Assembly (NCBI GenBank): GCA_051294375.1 | Contig: CM119267.1 | Span: 22,135,486 to 22,199,485 of the forward strand | Reading direction: 5' to 3' | DNA length: 64,000 nt | Origin: Paraspadella gotoi | Taxonomy: Eukaryota > Animalia > Chaetognatha | In this document: positions 28,546 through 40,800 of the stretch, piece by piece | How positions within the stretch are numbered: position 1 is the first letter of the stretch | How the letters are laid out: each line of letters begins with the position of its first letter | The notes under the pieces: model-generated | The model's database searches: none | What the model saw: only the letters and a program-made list of their open reading frames with translations | What the model was told of the DNA's origin: nothing | Program-made: the position numbers and the translations under genes

Positions 28546-31500
28546 TCATTTGAGAAACATCTTTCTGAAGTCGTCGTTGCTCTTTTTCAACTCTCCTTTG
28601 ACGTTGACGTCGGACGATTCTTCCAACTTCTTCGAATCGTCTTTCTCCGCCGATTCCACCGTTGTTGTCGTTTTGGTCGTCGTCGTCGTCGTCGCAGCTG
28701 CAGCGTTGGCCGGTTTCTTCAAACTCCTCGGCATCATCATCGATGCAGCTGCGCGAGGCACGAGCGCCACCTGCGTTCGCGCTTTGCCACGTTCCACCGT
28801 CTCTTTCTTCCCTCCGCCCAGGTGCGGCGCCGGCACGCGAGGGGGATCCGTCGCCGGGGTAGACGCCCCGTCTACCGGCGAGCTTTTGCCGTTGGTAGCG
28901 ATCGTATTCTTATTTTCACCACCTGCCTCTCCTTCCCCTTTCTCTGTCTCCCCCCGCCGTTTGGGGGTGTTGCTGATGGCCACCTCGATAACGTTGTCTC
29001 CGACGACGGAGCCGTCCGTCTTTAACATCGCCTTCTTCGCCTCTTCTTCCGTCTCGAATTCTACGTAGGCCATTCCTTTGCTCTTTCCACTCTATAATGG
29101 AATTGTAATGTTTAATTCATATGAAACTTGATTGTTTAACCTCCGATGTAATTTATAAAAAAACACCATTTAGACTTTCTCTCTCTCTCTCACCTTCATC
29201 GTGACGAGTCGCACCCCGAGGACCTTTCCGTGCGCCTCGAACATCGTCTTCACCGCGTCTTCCCTCGTCACCGCGGGAAGATTCTTGACGAAGAGTTTCT
29301 TGGGCTCCAACCCGATGGTGCCGACGAACTTCTTCTCGCCCTTGGCGCCCTTCTCCTTGATCTTGGAGATGTAGAGCGGACGATCCTTGACCGAATAGCG
29401 ATCCATCTTGAGGGCGGCCTCGGCGCCTTTGCTCTCCGCGAACTCGACGTAGCCGAAGCCGCGGGGTTTTCCGCGTGTGTCCGAAACGAGGCGGACGGAC
29501 TCAATGGGGCCGCAAAACTTGAAGGCCTCACGAAGGTCGGATTCGCCGGCGGAGAAGTGAAGGTTCGATACGAAGACGGTCCGGTCGCGTTTTTCAAGCG
29601 CTTCGTCGGGTTTGGAAGCTTCCGCGGCAGCGGCGTTGGGAGTCGCTTTGAGCGGCGCCGGCTTTTGCGAGGAAACTGGAAGCGAAGGAACCTTGAACCC
29701 GTCATTGTCGACTTTTCGATGAGTAAGAGGAGCAGAGTCATCTTCCCTTGCGCGAACGAAATCTTGTTTTTTCCTCTTGGGCGGAGGACCGTTTTGTTTT
29801 CCGCTTTTGCCGTCAAAAGATCTTTTGTCTGATTGCTTGTTCTGCTGCCGAGGTTGGATCTGCTGCTGCAGTTGATTCCGAGGTTGCCCGGACGTTCCCT
29901 TATCAAACCCTTTTCTTTTCTCCTGCGGCTGCTTTTCTCCGGACTCTTTCTCAGCCCTCTTTTCTTCCCTCGCCTTCGCCAACGCCCTCTGCTTTTCCAC
30001 GAACGCCGTCGCCTCGAACAGGTCGTCGACGGAGCCTTCCTCCCTCTCGAAATCCAGGTAGGCGTTGATCAACGCCTCCGGATAATCCATTCCCGAAACG
30101 TTGAGTGCCTTGTGAAAGTGGCGCCGGCAGTGTTTCGTCGATCCAAAGGCGCGCTCCAAGTTGATAAACTCCATCTGTAAATTGAAGTTGACGTTGTACC
30201 CGAGCGGAAAAATGTTTTCGATCCAGATTCTTCTCGCGTCCTCCATGTTGCCGCAACGAGCCGCCTCGAACCGCGCCCAGTAGCGGGACACCGCGGCCAT
30301 TTCTTCGAAGGCTTTGTCCACAGTGGCAAGAAAGTCGAGGGCCTGTTGAAAACCGGCGCGAAGCAGGCGTAGCGGGTCGTCCTCCACGACGGCGCCCTTT
30401 TCGTCTCGCGCGACGACACCGCAGCGGCGACGCATGAAGTCCAAATACGCGAGACAAATCTTTCCATAGTCGGCGGGTGCGGAAAATCCTGCCCCCAGCG
30501 CCTTGCCATATATTTCGTCGACGGCCGCCTTGGGTTCCTCCGCCTTCTCCGCAGCCAACAGTAGGCGCCGCCAAAGCTCTGCGCTCCAGGGACAATTCCG
30601 AGTCGCTCTTCGATACACAGACAATGCCTTTGAAACAATCTTCAGGGTACGGTCAAGGTAGTCTCCATAGGCCGCCCAGAGGTCATGATCGAGGCAGTTG
30701 TCGACGAGTGCGCGTTCGTAAATGAGTTGGATCCGCGCCGGAGATTTTTTTTCCGTCTCGAACTCAATGTACTTTTTATAGGCTTCTAATTTCGGAGGCG
30801 CCGCCTCTCCCAACGCGTCCTCCAGCGGCAGCAACTCCGGAAGCCGCTTCTCAGCCTCGGCGTAGGTCTTCTTGACGGTCTGGGTCACATTGTTTTCGCC
30901 GACCCATTGAACGTATTCGGCCATCGTGGTCTCCATGTTGAGATGAGGAATCCCCAACTGTCGCTCGAAAAGCTTTAAGAGACGCCGCGTTTGGGCTTCC
31001 ACTTTTTCTTGCTCGTCGGGGGCTGCGACGGCGCCCGGCGCCGACTGCATCGAGGCCAGCGTCGCCGTCTCGAATTCGCGGTATGCTTCCCAAATGCACG
31101 AAGCCTCCGCCACGTGGAGGCCGACTACGCTGAGGGCGCTCTCGAAGACGCTCCTGACGACTCCGGGGTCGCCAGAGCCAATGGCGTGCATGCACCACTG
31201 GAACCAAGTCTCCACGCTGACGTAGTCCTCGACAGCTCGTCGGAAGAGGGCGTCGATGTCGTCGCGTCCGGCGTCCATTCGACGTTCGTCCTCGATCCAC
31301 TCCCTCCACAACGACGGCGTTAAGGGAAAGAGTTCCGACATCGTCTGACGAGCCGATCGGAGGGAGGTCAACTCGCCCGTCTTCTTGTACGCCGCAACGA
31401 GAGAGACGTGACTGTCATAGTGAAACGGGTTATCGTCGAGAATTCCGCGCAGGCGAACTATTTCGGCTTTAATGACTTCGTCGTCGAGATCGTCTTCCGC

Positions 31501-31728
31501 GTCGTCTTCATCGTCGTCGCTTTCGACGTCGGAGGGATTTCCGTCATCCTCGGCCACTCGTTCGCTCTCCATCGACTTCTCCTCTTCGATTCCCTCCATC
31601 TTTTCTCCCTCTTTCTTCTCTCCTTTCGTTTCCTCCTCCACTTCCTCTTCCTCCCCAGAGTCAGAATCCTCGCTGCTACTTTCGCTACTGTCTTCGTCCA
31701 TTTTGGTAAAGTCCATCGGAACCGACAT
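28546..31728 (-). CDS. SART3: SART3/p110 (U4/U6 recycling factor, Prp24-like), 2 exons
   Basis: HAT repeats (ELFPLTPSLWREWI, RATRNCPWS), two RRMs (RTVFVSNL...RGFGYVEF; KLFVKNL...MAYVEF) and the C-terminal LSm-interaction motif KSNDDFRKMFL. Confidence 0.95.
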
Positions 31729-32383
31729 GTCTCTCGTCCAAACCCTTTTTTTTAACTATCTGAAAATTGGAATGAATTTTTCTTTGTGGTTTTTTTTTTT
31801 TTTTTAGTTTGTGTTTCATGATATACCGTTGTACTATCATATCCATTATCCAAAGTCAGGAGTAAGATAACATTTTTATTAAATATCTGTGTAATTTTTA
31901 TATTGGTTGTACAATGTACAATGTACATACCAATTCCTTAAAACGTTATCTTTTTTAGAAAAATTTAATGTGAATGTTATTTGATGGTAATATAACAAAA
32001 AGCTAAAACATACATTGAATGCATTACTACCAACAAAAAACAACACAAAACAGCAGTGCAAATCTTCTTTATTTAACAATAAAAACTTGATTGCGACCAG
32101 GCCTACATGTAAAATTGGGTAAAATTAATACTAACGATAACCGGATCCGGAAGAGATTCGCGCTATGAAGAATCAAAAGAAAACTCGCGAGTGAAAATAA
32201 AATTACCGGTACGCGTTCAAAAAGAAATTAATCAAGTAGGTAGCACCATAATTTAAAAAATATATAGTAAAAATTTCATCCTGGGCAAAAGAATCTCAGC
32301 TGTGAATCTAATGCGTTTAAATTAAATCAAGGACAAATTGGACATTGCACATTGTCCATCCGCTCGAGACGTTTGAGGATCGA

Positions 32384-32938
32384 CTAAAAGGGCAATGGCC
32401 CGAGGTTTACGCGGCTCGTGGAATCCAGGATCGGATGCCAGACGTCGACGGAGAGAAGGAAGACGGCGTTGGCAACGTCTCGCTTAACGGCGCCCGGCTC
32501 CGCGCCTTTGACGCCGGGATTGCTGATCCAAACTTCTTGCTCAAAGGAATCGTCAAAGACGAGAACGGCGCCCTCTTGCCACGAGGCGGCGCCTGAGTCG
32601 GGCAGACCGACGCGAATCTCTTCGCGAGTGTCGGGTTCGGCGGGAACCTTGAAGAAAATAAAAATATTAGAATACACGTACAAACGCCGAAGACACTCTT
32701 CAGTTTTCATAAAAGAACTACCTTCAATCCAAGTTGAATCTTAAGCCTCCCGTTGGTAGGTCCACAGTGAGGCCAAAGGTAAGTGTTGGGGAACAGAATT
32801 TGGAATTTGATTTGGCAACGGACGCAATTGACGACGGACGGAAATCGGCGAAGAGTGGCGCAGGTTTCGGGAGCGTAATAACAGTTGTTGCCGGCTTCCT
32901 GGCCGCTGAAGGTGAACGAATCGTTAATTAATTAAAAA

Positions 32939-32984
<46 letters not shown>

Positions 32985-35900
32985 AAGTTGGCAAAGCGAA
33001 AAAAGTGGGTCGCCCTAACCGGAAGTAAAGCGGAAATTCCTCGACTCCTCCAGTCATTGTAAGGGTTTCCATGACGACACTGAAGAATTGGTCCATTTGA
33101 GAAATTTTTCGCGCCTCCGAAAGTATGATCTTCCATTTGTCAACCAAGGCTGAGATCTGAAGCAATGTAGCACAAAAGGACAACTTAAGATTCACTATAC
33201 AGTATACACTAAAGCGATTTAAAGCTATCTTCTTACCAAGTCATCAGCGCCGCTCTCCTCTGGCGTCCACCAAGCCTGACTGGGCACGACCCGTTCCTTG
33301 TACAACGGGCGCCGGTATTTGTCGAGAAAGAAGCCGAGATTGACGCCGTCGGCATAGATGGCGTCTGCGTCTTTGCGCCGGCCAACTCGAACCAAGGCGT
33401 CGCCGAGGGCGGAATAAAATCGAGCTTCCTGCGAAAAAAAAGGGCAAAATACAGTCGTGTGGCAAAAAATGCGCCATGTTTTTTATATTTTATATTTTTT
33501 GTAACAGCCTATATTAAAAATTATTTTTTATATTAAAATCTATATTAAAATCTATATTAAATCTATATTAAAATCTATATTAGAAATTCTTTTTTACATA
33601 ATTTAATTTATATAAATCTATATTAAAATCTATATTAAAAATTATTTTTTTAATAATTTTTAAAAATATTTTTATTGAGCATTTAAAATTGTAAGTTATA
33701 AAGTGGCGCATTTTTTTTTATTTTTTTGCATATGAGACTCATATGAGTGCACTTATTTTATATTAGTTAACAACGGCAAAATAATTTAACATGTTGCCGT
33801 TGTTGTCTAATCTCAAACTCGACTTCATTTTTTTTATTTCTCACCTGTGTTCCCGCGACCTCGCTTTTAATTCCCCTGTCCAACAATTCGATTGATTTTC
33901 TGTTATTGCCATCAATGGTTTTCAAAATGTAACCCAAATAAACGGAAGCCAAAGCGTTTTGTGGTTCTTTTTCCAAAACCTTCATAATCGATAAAAAACA
34001 AAAACATCAGTATTACGGAAAACGAGTCAAATGTTTCCATATTATTACCTTTTCAAAAATGGGTCGCGACTCCTCGCGGTGCCCAGACAATTCGTATAAA
34101 ATTCCCAGGTCAGTTTGCAACGAGGCGTCGTCAGAAAAAGACAGAATCAAACGTTTTTGCGCCTGAATTAGAATCAAATTATGATATAAAAGTCACCCTA
34201 ACTTTAACTGGAAACAAGAAGATAGAAACAACCTTAATGGCCGATCCCAGCCGGCCTCTGAACTGAAGCCGGTTGACCAATCTTTTCCCCGCCAAAAGCG
34301 CCAAAGCGTCTGGAGTCTCTGGCGAATCTATGACCCTTTCGTAGAACAAGATCGCTTCCTCCAGAATAGAGTTGCTTTTTTGTAAATCGGCTTTCGCGTC
34401 GAGGCACCGTGCGACGCCCCACATGGCTCGGGGGCTCTGTGGATACGCTTCCAATAGTTGGATAAATTCGTTGGTCACAGATGTCAAAGCCTCGGGATCC
34501 GTTTGACTCTGAAACAACTTATCCTCCAAATCGTCCAGGACTTTTCGAAACGCAAAGTCTCCCGTATTCGTGGTGTCTTTACGAAAGTATTCGTCCTCGG
34601 TCTCTTCTCGCGCCGCCGACTCATCCAAAGACGAACCTCTCTCATTGAACGGCGTTAAACTCTCGCTCTCACTCTTCGAATCCGACGTCACTTCGTTAAA
34701 ATCTTTCGTTAACTTTTGAGATGGTTTGGCCACTTCGATCTCGGCTTTCTCTCTCTCCGGGCTTTCTTTTTCATCTAATCTCTCGGTTAGAGTCTCGACG
34801 CCTTTCCCCGCGATTCCCTCGTTCTCCTCAAACGGCTCCCGAGAAGTTTCGCTCCCAGAATCTTCAAACATTTGATGGGGCGCTTCTCCCTCTCGCGTCT
34901 CCTCCCGATTCTCCGGTTCGAGTTTATTTTCACGTCTACTGAGATCGAGTTTATCTTGGGACTCGTCCAAGTCATCGTCTTCCGCGTCATCGTCATGGGA
35001 GTCAGCTTTGATAGATTCTTCGTACATTTCGTTGCCGGCTCCATCTTCTTCTGTGCAATTAATTTATACACAAACAATTTTTTATATAATCAATGTAAAA
35101 CAAAAATCACTTAGCGTCTGGAATCTCGCAAGTTGCAATAATTAATACCAGTCGAAAAGACAAAGTATGAGCATCCGTAAAATCCAACCAAACAATGGAA
35201 CTTTATTTCAAAAAGTATAAAAAGTACTGTATAGTATCCGACTAGAACTAGTTAAATCTGAGATCCTAATCCCAATTTCGGAGATCAATCCGTGGCTGGA
35301 AATTCCTCACCTGCGACGGGACGGTTCGAGTCGCCTTCCCGAATTAAATTTGATTCGGATGAGAGGACATTCTCATGCTTTTCATTATCAATCATAATTG
35401 AAGATGGGTCTAGGTTTTTATCTTCTTTCTCAACGCGTTTACTTGACGATTCCTTATTCGGAATATCGGACGTCTGAACAGTCTCTTTCCGTTTAGACAC
35501 TGTTTCGGTCTGGTATTCTTTGGCAATGGTTTCTTGGGAGTTATGCTCTGGGACATTCTGCTCTTGAGCGTTATTTTCTTCGGCGGTCTGTTCTTGGGGG
35601 TTCTGTACCTCGGCGTTAGGTTCTTGGGCAGTCTGTTGTTCTTTATTGTTCGGTTCGATGTTTTGCGCATCACCACCCGCATCGCCCGAGCTGTCCGACC
35701 ACGATTTGGAAGCCTTAATTTCGACGGAGTCACCGGAAGGTTCGCTAGCGTTTCCCGCCGCCGCCTCTGCCGCCGCCGCCGCTTCCTTGGATGCCGCGAG
35801 TCTCGCGGCCATGTAGTCTTCGTGCAGGGAGACGCCTTTGAAGACGACGATACTGCCGGCGACGGCGAGGATGGCGAAGAGAAGCGAAACACAGACGAAT

Positions 35901-36103
35901 TTGACTGTCGACTCTCGAGCGGCTTTGGCTTCGTTACGGTTGGATCGTTTGGCCGATGACTTTTTTCCCCGGGCCGACGAGGCCTTGGGGGATTTAGAGG
36001 AGGAAGCACCCGGGTTTCTGCTTCGGACCGCGGAATCGGGAGAGGAGTCTACGTCGACGGATCCGTTACCGACGACGTCGTTAGCTTTTTTAGCGCGACC
36101 CAT
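32384..36103 (-). CDS. ASPH: Aspartyl/asparaginyl beta-hydroxylase-like type II membrane protein, multi-exon; catalytic residues degenerate
   Basis: Basic cytosolic N-terminus, a single TM, an acidic lumenal region, a TPR region (YPQSPRAMWGVARCLD), QRSLY, WPHCGPTN, W.EG.VLVFDDSFE and VDVWHP. Confidence 0.9.
33509..33640. repeat. AT-rich minisatellite (~12-bp unit CTATATTAAAAT) in an ASPH intron
   Basis: About seven dispersed or tandem copies of ctatattaaaa. Confidence 0.75.
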
Positions 36104-36290
36104 TTTATTTATGTTTGTTTTAATTAATCTGTGACGTCGAGAGCAAACATAATGGTCAATTACAAGAAAAAAACGGTCATGGAATAGTACGTAAATATAA
36201 AGTTCGATTACGATTACAAAGAATCAATGAATTGATGATAAAGAAATTCAGATTAAAGTTAAAGATAGCTAACAAATTAATTATCAACAG

Positions 36291-37515
36291 TAGAGGTAGC
36301 CCCACTCAATGGGGTGAGTCAAAAATTTAGAATGATTACATGCTCAAACGAAAATTTATACATTTTGAAGTATACTTTCAATGGACAAAACATTTCTTAT
36401 GTGGCTCTATACCCAAATAATTATTTTTTTAATATTTATTTATAAATAGGAAAGGCTAAAATTTTTTTAAATAATTTTTAAATTTTAAGACCAGATTCAG
36501 ATAGCTCATAAAAAGTTGTCTACACAAAGTATAATTCTTTTTTAAATATTTTCATGATAAGCGAGTCAAAAATAAGAAAAACTGTAAAAAATCATCATCA
36601 TCATCATCTTTCGATGATTTTATCAGTTTTTTTATATTTTCACATAGAAAACGTAAGAATTTGTAAAAGCTGTAATTATATTTCTTGTTTAACTTTTTAT
36701 GCTCTATAAGAATCAATCAAAAAATTTTAAGATTTCAAAAAAAAAATTTTACTTTGCTAATAGTCGAAATTTTATATTATCTCTGGAGCTGGTCCCTATC
36801 AACAGTCAACTTAAACAACGGGCATGGCCATAGCCGATTAAATTTAAAAGCTAATGTATACAGCGTAAAAATAATAAATCGAAATTTTTTTTTAAAAAAA
36901 TGCATTCATTTAATAAATAAGATATCTTTCCCCTGACTTTGGTGGTTTAAGGCCTCCATCTTTCTGACAAGATAATGACATAGCAGGTCCCTGCAAGCTT
37001 TCAATCAAGACTCTCACGTTTATTTACTCCCAGAGTACCTGGCTTCCCTATCAATAAAGTGGTATAATATTTCAAAGAATGTTTCAATTGTATGAAAATT
37101 ATATTACTATATAAAGAAATGTGGCGACATTTTTTTAAATGGATTCTGATAGATCACAAAATATAATTACAGTTTTTAAAAATGTAAAAAAAATGATAAA
37201 ATCATTGAACGATGATGATGATGATAATTTTCACAGTTATTTTTGACTCACTTATCATAAAAATATTTTAAAAAGAATTATACTTTGTGCAGACATCTTT
37301 TTATAAGCTATCTGAATCTGGTCTTAAAATTAAAAATTTCTCAAAAAAATTTTTACCCTTTTCTATCTTTAAATAAAAAATAATTACTAGGGTATTGAGC
37401 CATGTAAAAAATTTTTCGTTCATTGAAAGTAAATTTAAAAAATGTATAAATTTTCGTTTGAACCTGTACACGCTCGAAATTTTTGACTCACCCCATTGAG
37501 TGCGGGCTACCCCTA
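36291..37515. mobile_element. Non-autonomous DNA transposon / foldback-type element with long terminal inverted repeats, bounded by TA
   Basis: Left end TAGAGGTAGCCCCACTCAATGGGGTGAGTCAAAAATTT matches the reverse complement of the right end AAATTTTTGACTCACCCCATTGAGTGCGGGCTACCCCTA. The arms stay alignable for about 350 bp (AAGACCAGATTCAGATAGCT / AGCTATCTGAATCTGGTCTT; (CAT)n / (ATG)n). No transposase ORF. Confidence 0.85.
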
Positions 37516-37516
37516 T

Positions 37517-37894
37517 TCAGAGTAATGCAATTCGCGTAGGCGTCCTGCATGCTTTTCTTATATATTTAACAAACATTGTGTTCATCTTGGATCTAATGTA
37601 GGGCTTTATACTACCATATTGACCAAAATTCTTGGTTTTTAATCTTTTTTTATTTGTAATAGATAAATTAGGTAATTTTGACCAAAATTCTTCGAATATT
37701 TTACCAAAAAATGGACGATGAACACGACTCTCATGGATTTCTGATGGAAAATAGCGACTCATGTGTTTTGCATAGTCGTGAACGAGAGAACTTAAAAGTT
37801 TCAAAGTGCAAGAGTTCTCTTTGTAAAAAGAGTCCGGAGAGCATTCAATTAAGGTAGCAGCTTTGAGATTTTCTTGAAAGAAATCAATGATGAC
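37517..37894 (-). CDS. Alternative terminal exon E
   Basis: TAAG|GTC: VIIDFFQENLKAATLIEC...KLLSSLVHDYAKHMSRYFP...KPYIRSKMNTMFVKYIRKA*. Confidence 0.8.
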   Translation of the reverse strand, partial: VIIDFFQENLKAATLIECSPDSFYKENSCTLKLLSSLVHDYAKHMSRYFPSEIHESRVHRPFFGKIFEEFWSKLPNLSITNKKRLKTKNFGQYGSIKPYIRSKMNTMFVKYIRKACRTPTRIALL

Positions 37895-40800
37895 CTTATA
37901 AAGAAAAAAAATTCATAAAAATGATAACTAGTAATGGTCTTAAATTTTCAATCCTCCAATTATTTCTAATAAACTTAAAAAGCTTATAAAAGATAGTAAT
38001 AAAAAATGAAATAAAAATAAATAAAAAACTATTTTCGTGAGGTAAATTAATTATATGTCTACGCTTGACGACCCAAATTACCCTAAAAGACCAATACTAT
38101 ATCATTCATTAGTCGGCTCAAGACTTTTCTGGGCTTTTTTTATGAATTTTAAGAATAAAGTACTCATAGTTGAGCGCACAGAGGCTTTAAATCGCCCATA
38201 TTTGGCAAATACATGGCCATAGAGCGATTTGTTTTTGTTATAAAGCTGATCCCCTTTTTCTAAATTGTCGATGCTATACCAAAATTTATCAAAAATATAG
38301 CTAAAATATTCTCGGCGCAAAAACTGCCCATTTTGGTTAGTGGGACAATACGTACTCATATGTTTAGCAAAATCATAGAGCAAAGAATTAAGAATTTTTA
38401 GGCTACACGAGGTTTTCTCGAGAAAAGTCGTCGGGTGAACTGTTTTTATTGCCACGGCTTTAGGACTTTCTTCCAGAAATTTGATGATGACCTTGGCAAA
38501 ATAAATTAACTTAAGTATGTCAGTTACCAACAATTGGTCTCCGGCTTAAAATTCTAAAAAACTTTAAAAGGAAATAAAGCATTTATTTTAGGAACGACGA
38601 ATTGTCAAATAATCTCGCAGACTTTTAAAGCAATGTCAAAGAAAAAAAAATTTAAATCATTAACTCAAAGTAAATCAATCTTATAAAGTAAATTTAGATA
38701 TAAATTAATTCAAAATGTTTTCATGAGAAACAAACACTCCAATTTTATCTACGTATCAAGGACTCGAAAAGGGAACTGAATATATTAAACATTATAGTTG
38801 CAAAAGCGTTTTTTCGTAAAGCTGTTGTTATCCTTCTGAGCTCTCCTAAGACTTCTAACAAACATCGTATTCATTTGTGAGCGAACAAATGGTTTAATAT
38901 TACCATAACGACCGAATCTGATGTTACATTTGATTTTATTTGCCTTTTCCAAATTAGGAAATCGTCTCCAGAACTCTTGAAAAATATAACCAAAAAAATG
39001 TCGAGAAGTACTTTTTTCTCGGTCCTTAACTGGGCAAAAGCCACTCATGTACTTCGAGTAATCGTAAACGAGGGAATTTAAAAGCTTTAGATTGAGTGAG
39101 TTCTCATTACAAAATGATTCCGGGTGAGATTCGACAATCGTAGCGGCTTTGAGATTTTCTTGAAAGAAATTGAGGATGACCTTGCAAAACAAAACAAAGG
39201 TTTATTCTTTCATTCTTTCATTCAAACAAAATAGAAAAAACATTTCTTAGTGCTATAAAATTGCGTGATCATCCCAAAAAAACTACATTAAAGAAAAAAC
39301 TTAAGCTCTCAAGGCCTTGGCAAATTGCATTTTGCGTATGAAACCGACGAATCTCGTACTCATCGTGGATCTGACGAACGGCTTCAACGTCCGCTTCGAA
39401 CCGAATGTTTTGTTTGGAATCTTGGCCTTCCGAGATTCCTGGTGCGAACTTTCGAGGTTGGGAAATCTCTCCCAAAACTTGTCGAAAGTGGCGCGAAAAA
39501 ATTCCCGATGACCGAGCCTGCCGTCTCCGTCGAGCGGGCAATAGCCGCTCATGTGTCTCGCAAAGTCGTAAACGAGGGAATTTAAAATCTTTAGGTTACA
39601 AGAGTTTTGTTTCAAGAAAGAGTCCGGAGGGCACTGAACAAGTGCCACGGCCTTGGGATTTTGTTGTAGAAAATTGAGGACGACCTTGTTGAAACAATTG
39701 TGGGGGGGAAAGAAAATTACAGGCTAGGAAAAAAATTATGCAAGTTTAAAAGTACCATCTAAGCAAAAAGTATATCACATTTTTAGTGGTGGTAATCTAC
39801 TCAAAAACTTTTTTGATTTTAAAAAAATATTTTAGAATTTACATTAATTTTTTTGCAGCTTAAATTATTTAATAATTATAGGTATAAAAAGATCGCTACC
39901 TCAATTAAAACATGGCAAAAAATTACATTCAGTTTTCCATCATTCTTAATACTAATTTATTTGATTATATTTCGAATTAAGTTTTTTTTTTAACTTTGGC
40001 TATTCCAAAAGCAATAGTCAAAACCGAAAAAAACCCAAATATTAAACATTGTATTTAAATTTTATATATTTTTTATTAAATAAATAAAACTTTTTAACAA
40101 TTATGTCATATACTTTTCGCCTAGATAGTATATATATTATGGCCAACATATATTTTTTTAATCATCACTGCGCTCCCCTCGTCCTTTTGCTTTTCTTATA
40201 AACCCCACGAACATGGTGCTCATGGTGGACCTCGCGTATGGCTTCAAGAATTTTTTCTGCCCGAACAACTTATCGATATTTTGCTTTAACGACTCCTGAT
40301 GAGCGAGCTCGAGATTATCAAAGTTGGACCAAAACTTGTCGAAAATGATTCGAAAAAAGTCGCGGTGGCAATGTCGGCCGTTCTTGTCGACTGGACAATA
40401 TTCGCTCATGACTCTGGCAAAGTCGTACAGGAGCGAATTCAGGATTTTGATGGCGTAAGAGTCTTTCTTCAAAAAAGAATCCGCGGCACATTGAACTAAG
40501 GCCTCGGCTTTGGAATTTTCTCGTAGAAAATTGAGGATGACCTTTATTAGGAAAATTATGAACTAGTAAAGGGAAAAAAAATTCTTACATTCGAATTCAA
40601 CGGCCGGAGACCACTTGGGGGGAAAAAACCTGCCCTTTTTTCCTCATGATAAAAAAACTATCCCCCTCAGTGACTCAGTCAAAAACATGAAACGAACAAC
40701 CCCTATCCAGAGTATCCACACACTCACCGCGTCGTGGGATTCGTCGTATTGCGGCGAGTAATCGAGGGCGGCGACATTGGCGGACATCATCCCCTCCGCA

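Noticed and set aside
33449-33742. Tc1-like MITE around the ASPH intron minisatellite (AAAAAATGCGCCA ... TGGCGCATTTTTT)
   Set aside because: Only a 13-bp inverted match is clear; the termini and TSD cannot be defined.
37517-40541. The five repeats as independent ATG-started genes or as pseudogenes
   Set aside because: The ORF-track starts are TTG/GTG or lie in intron-like sequence. Homology begins exactly at a shared AG|GTC acceptor, and all five frames are intact.
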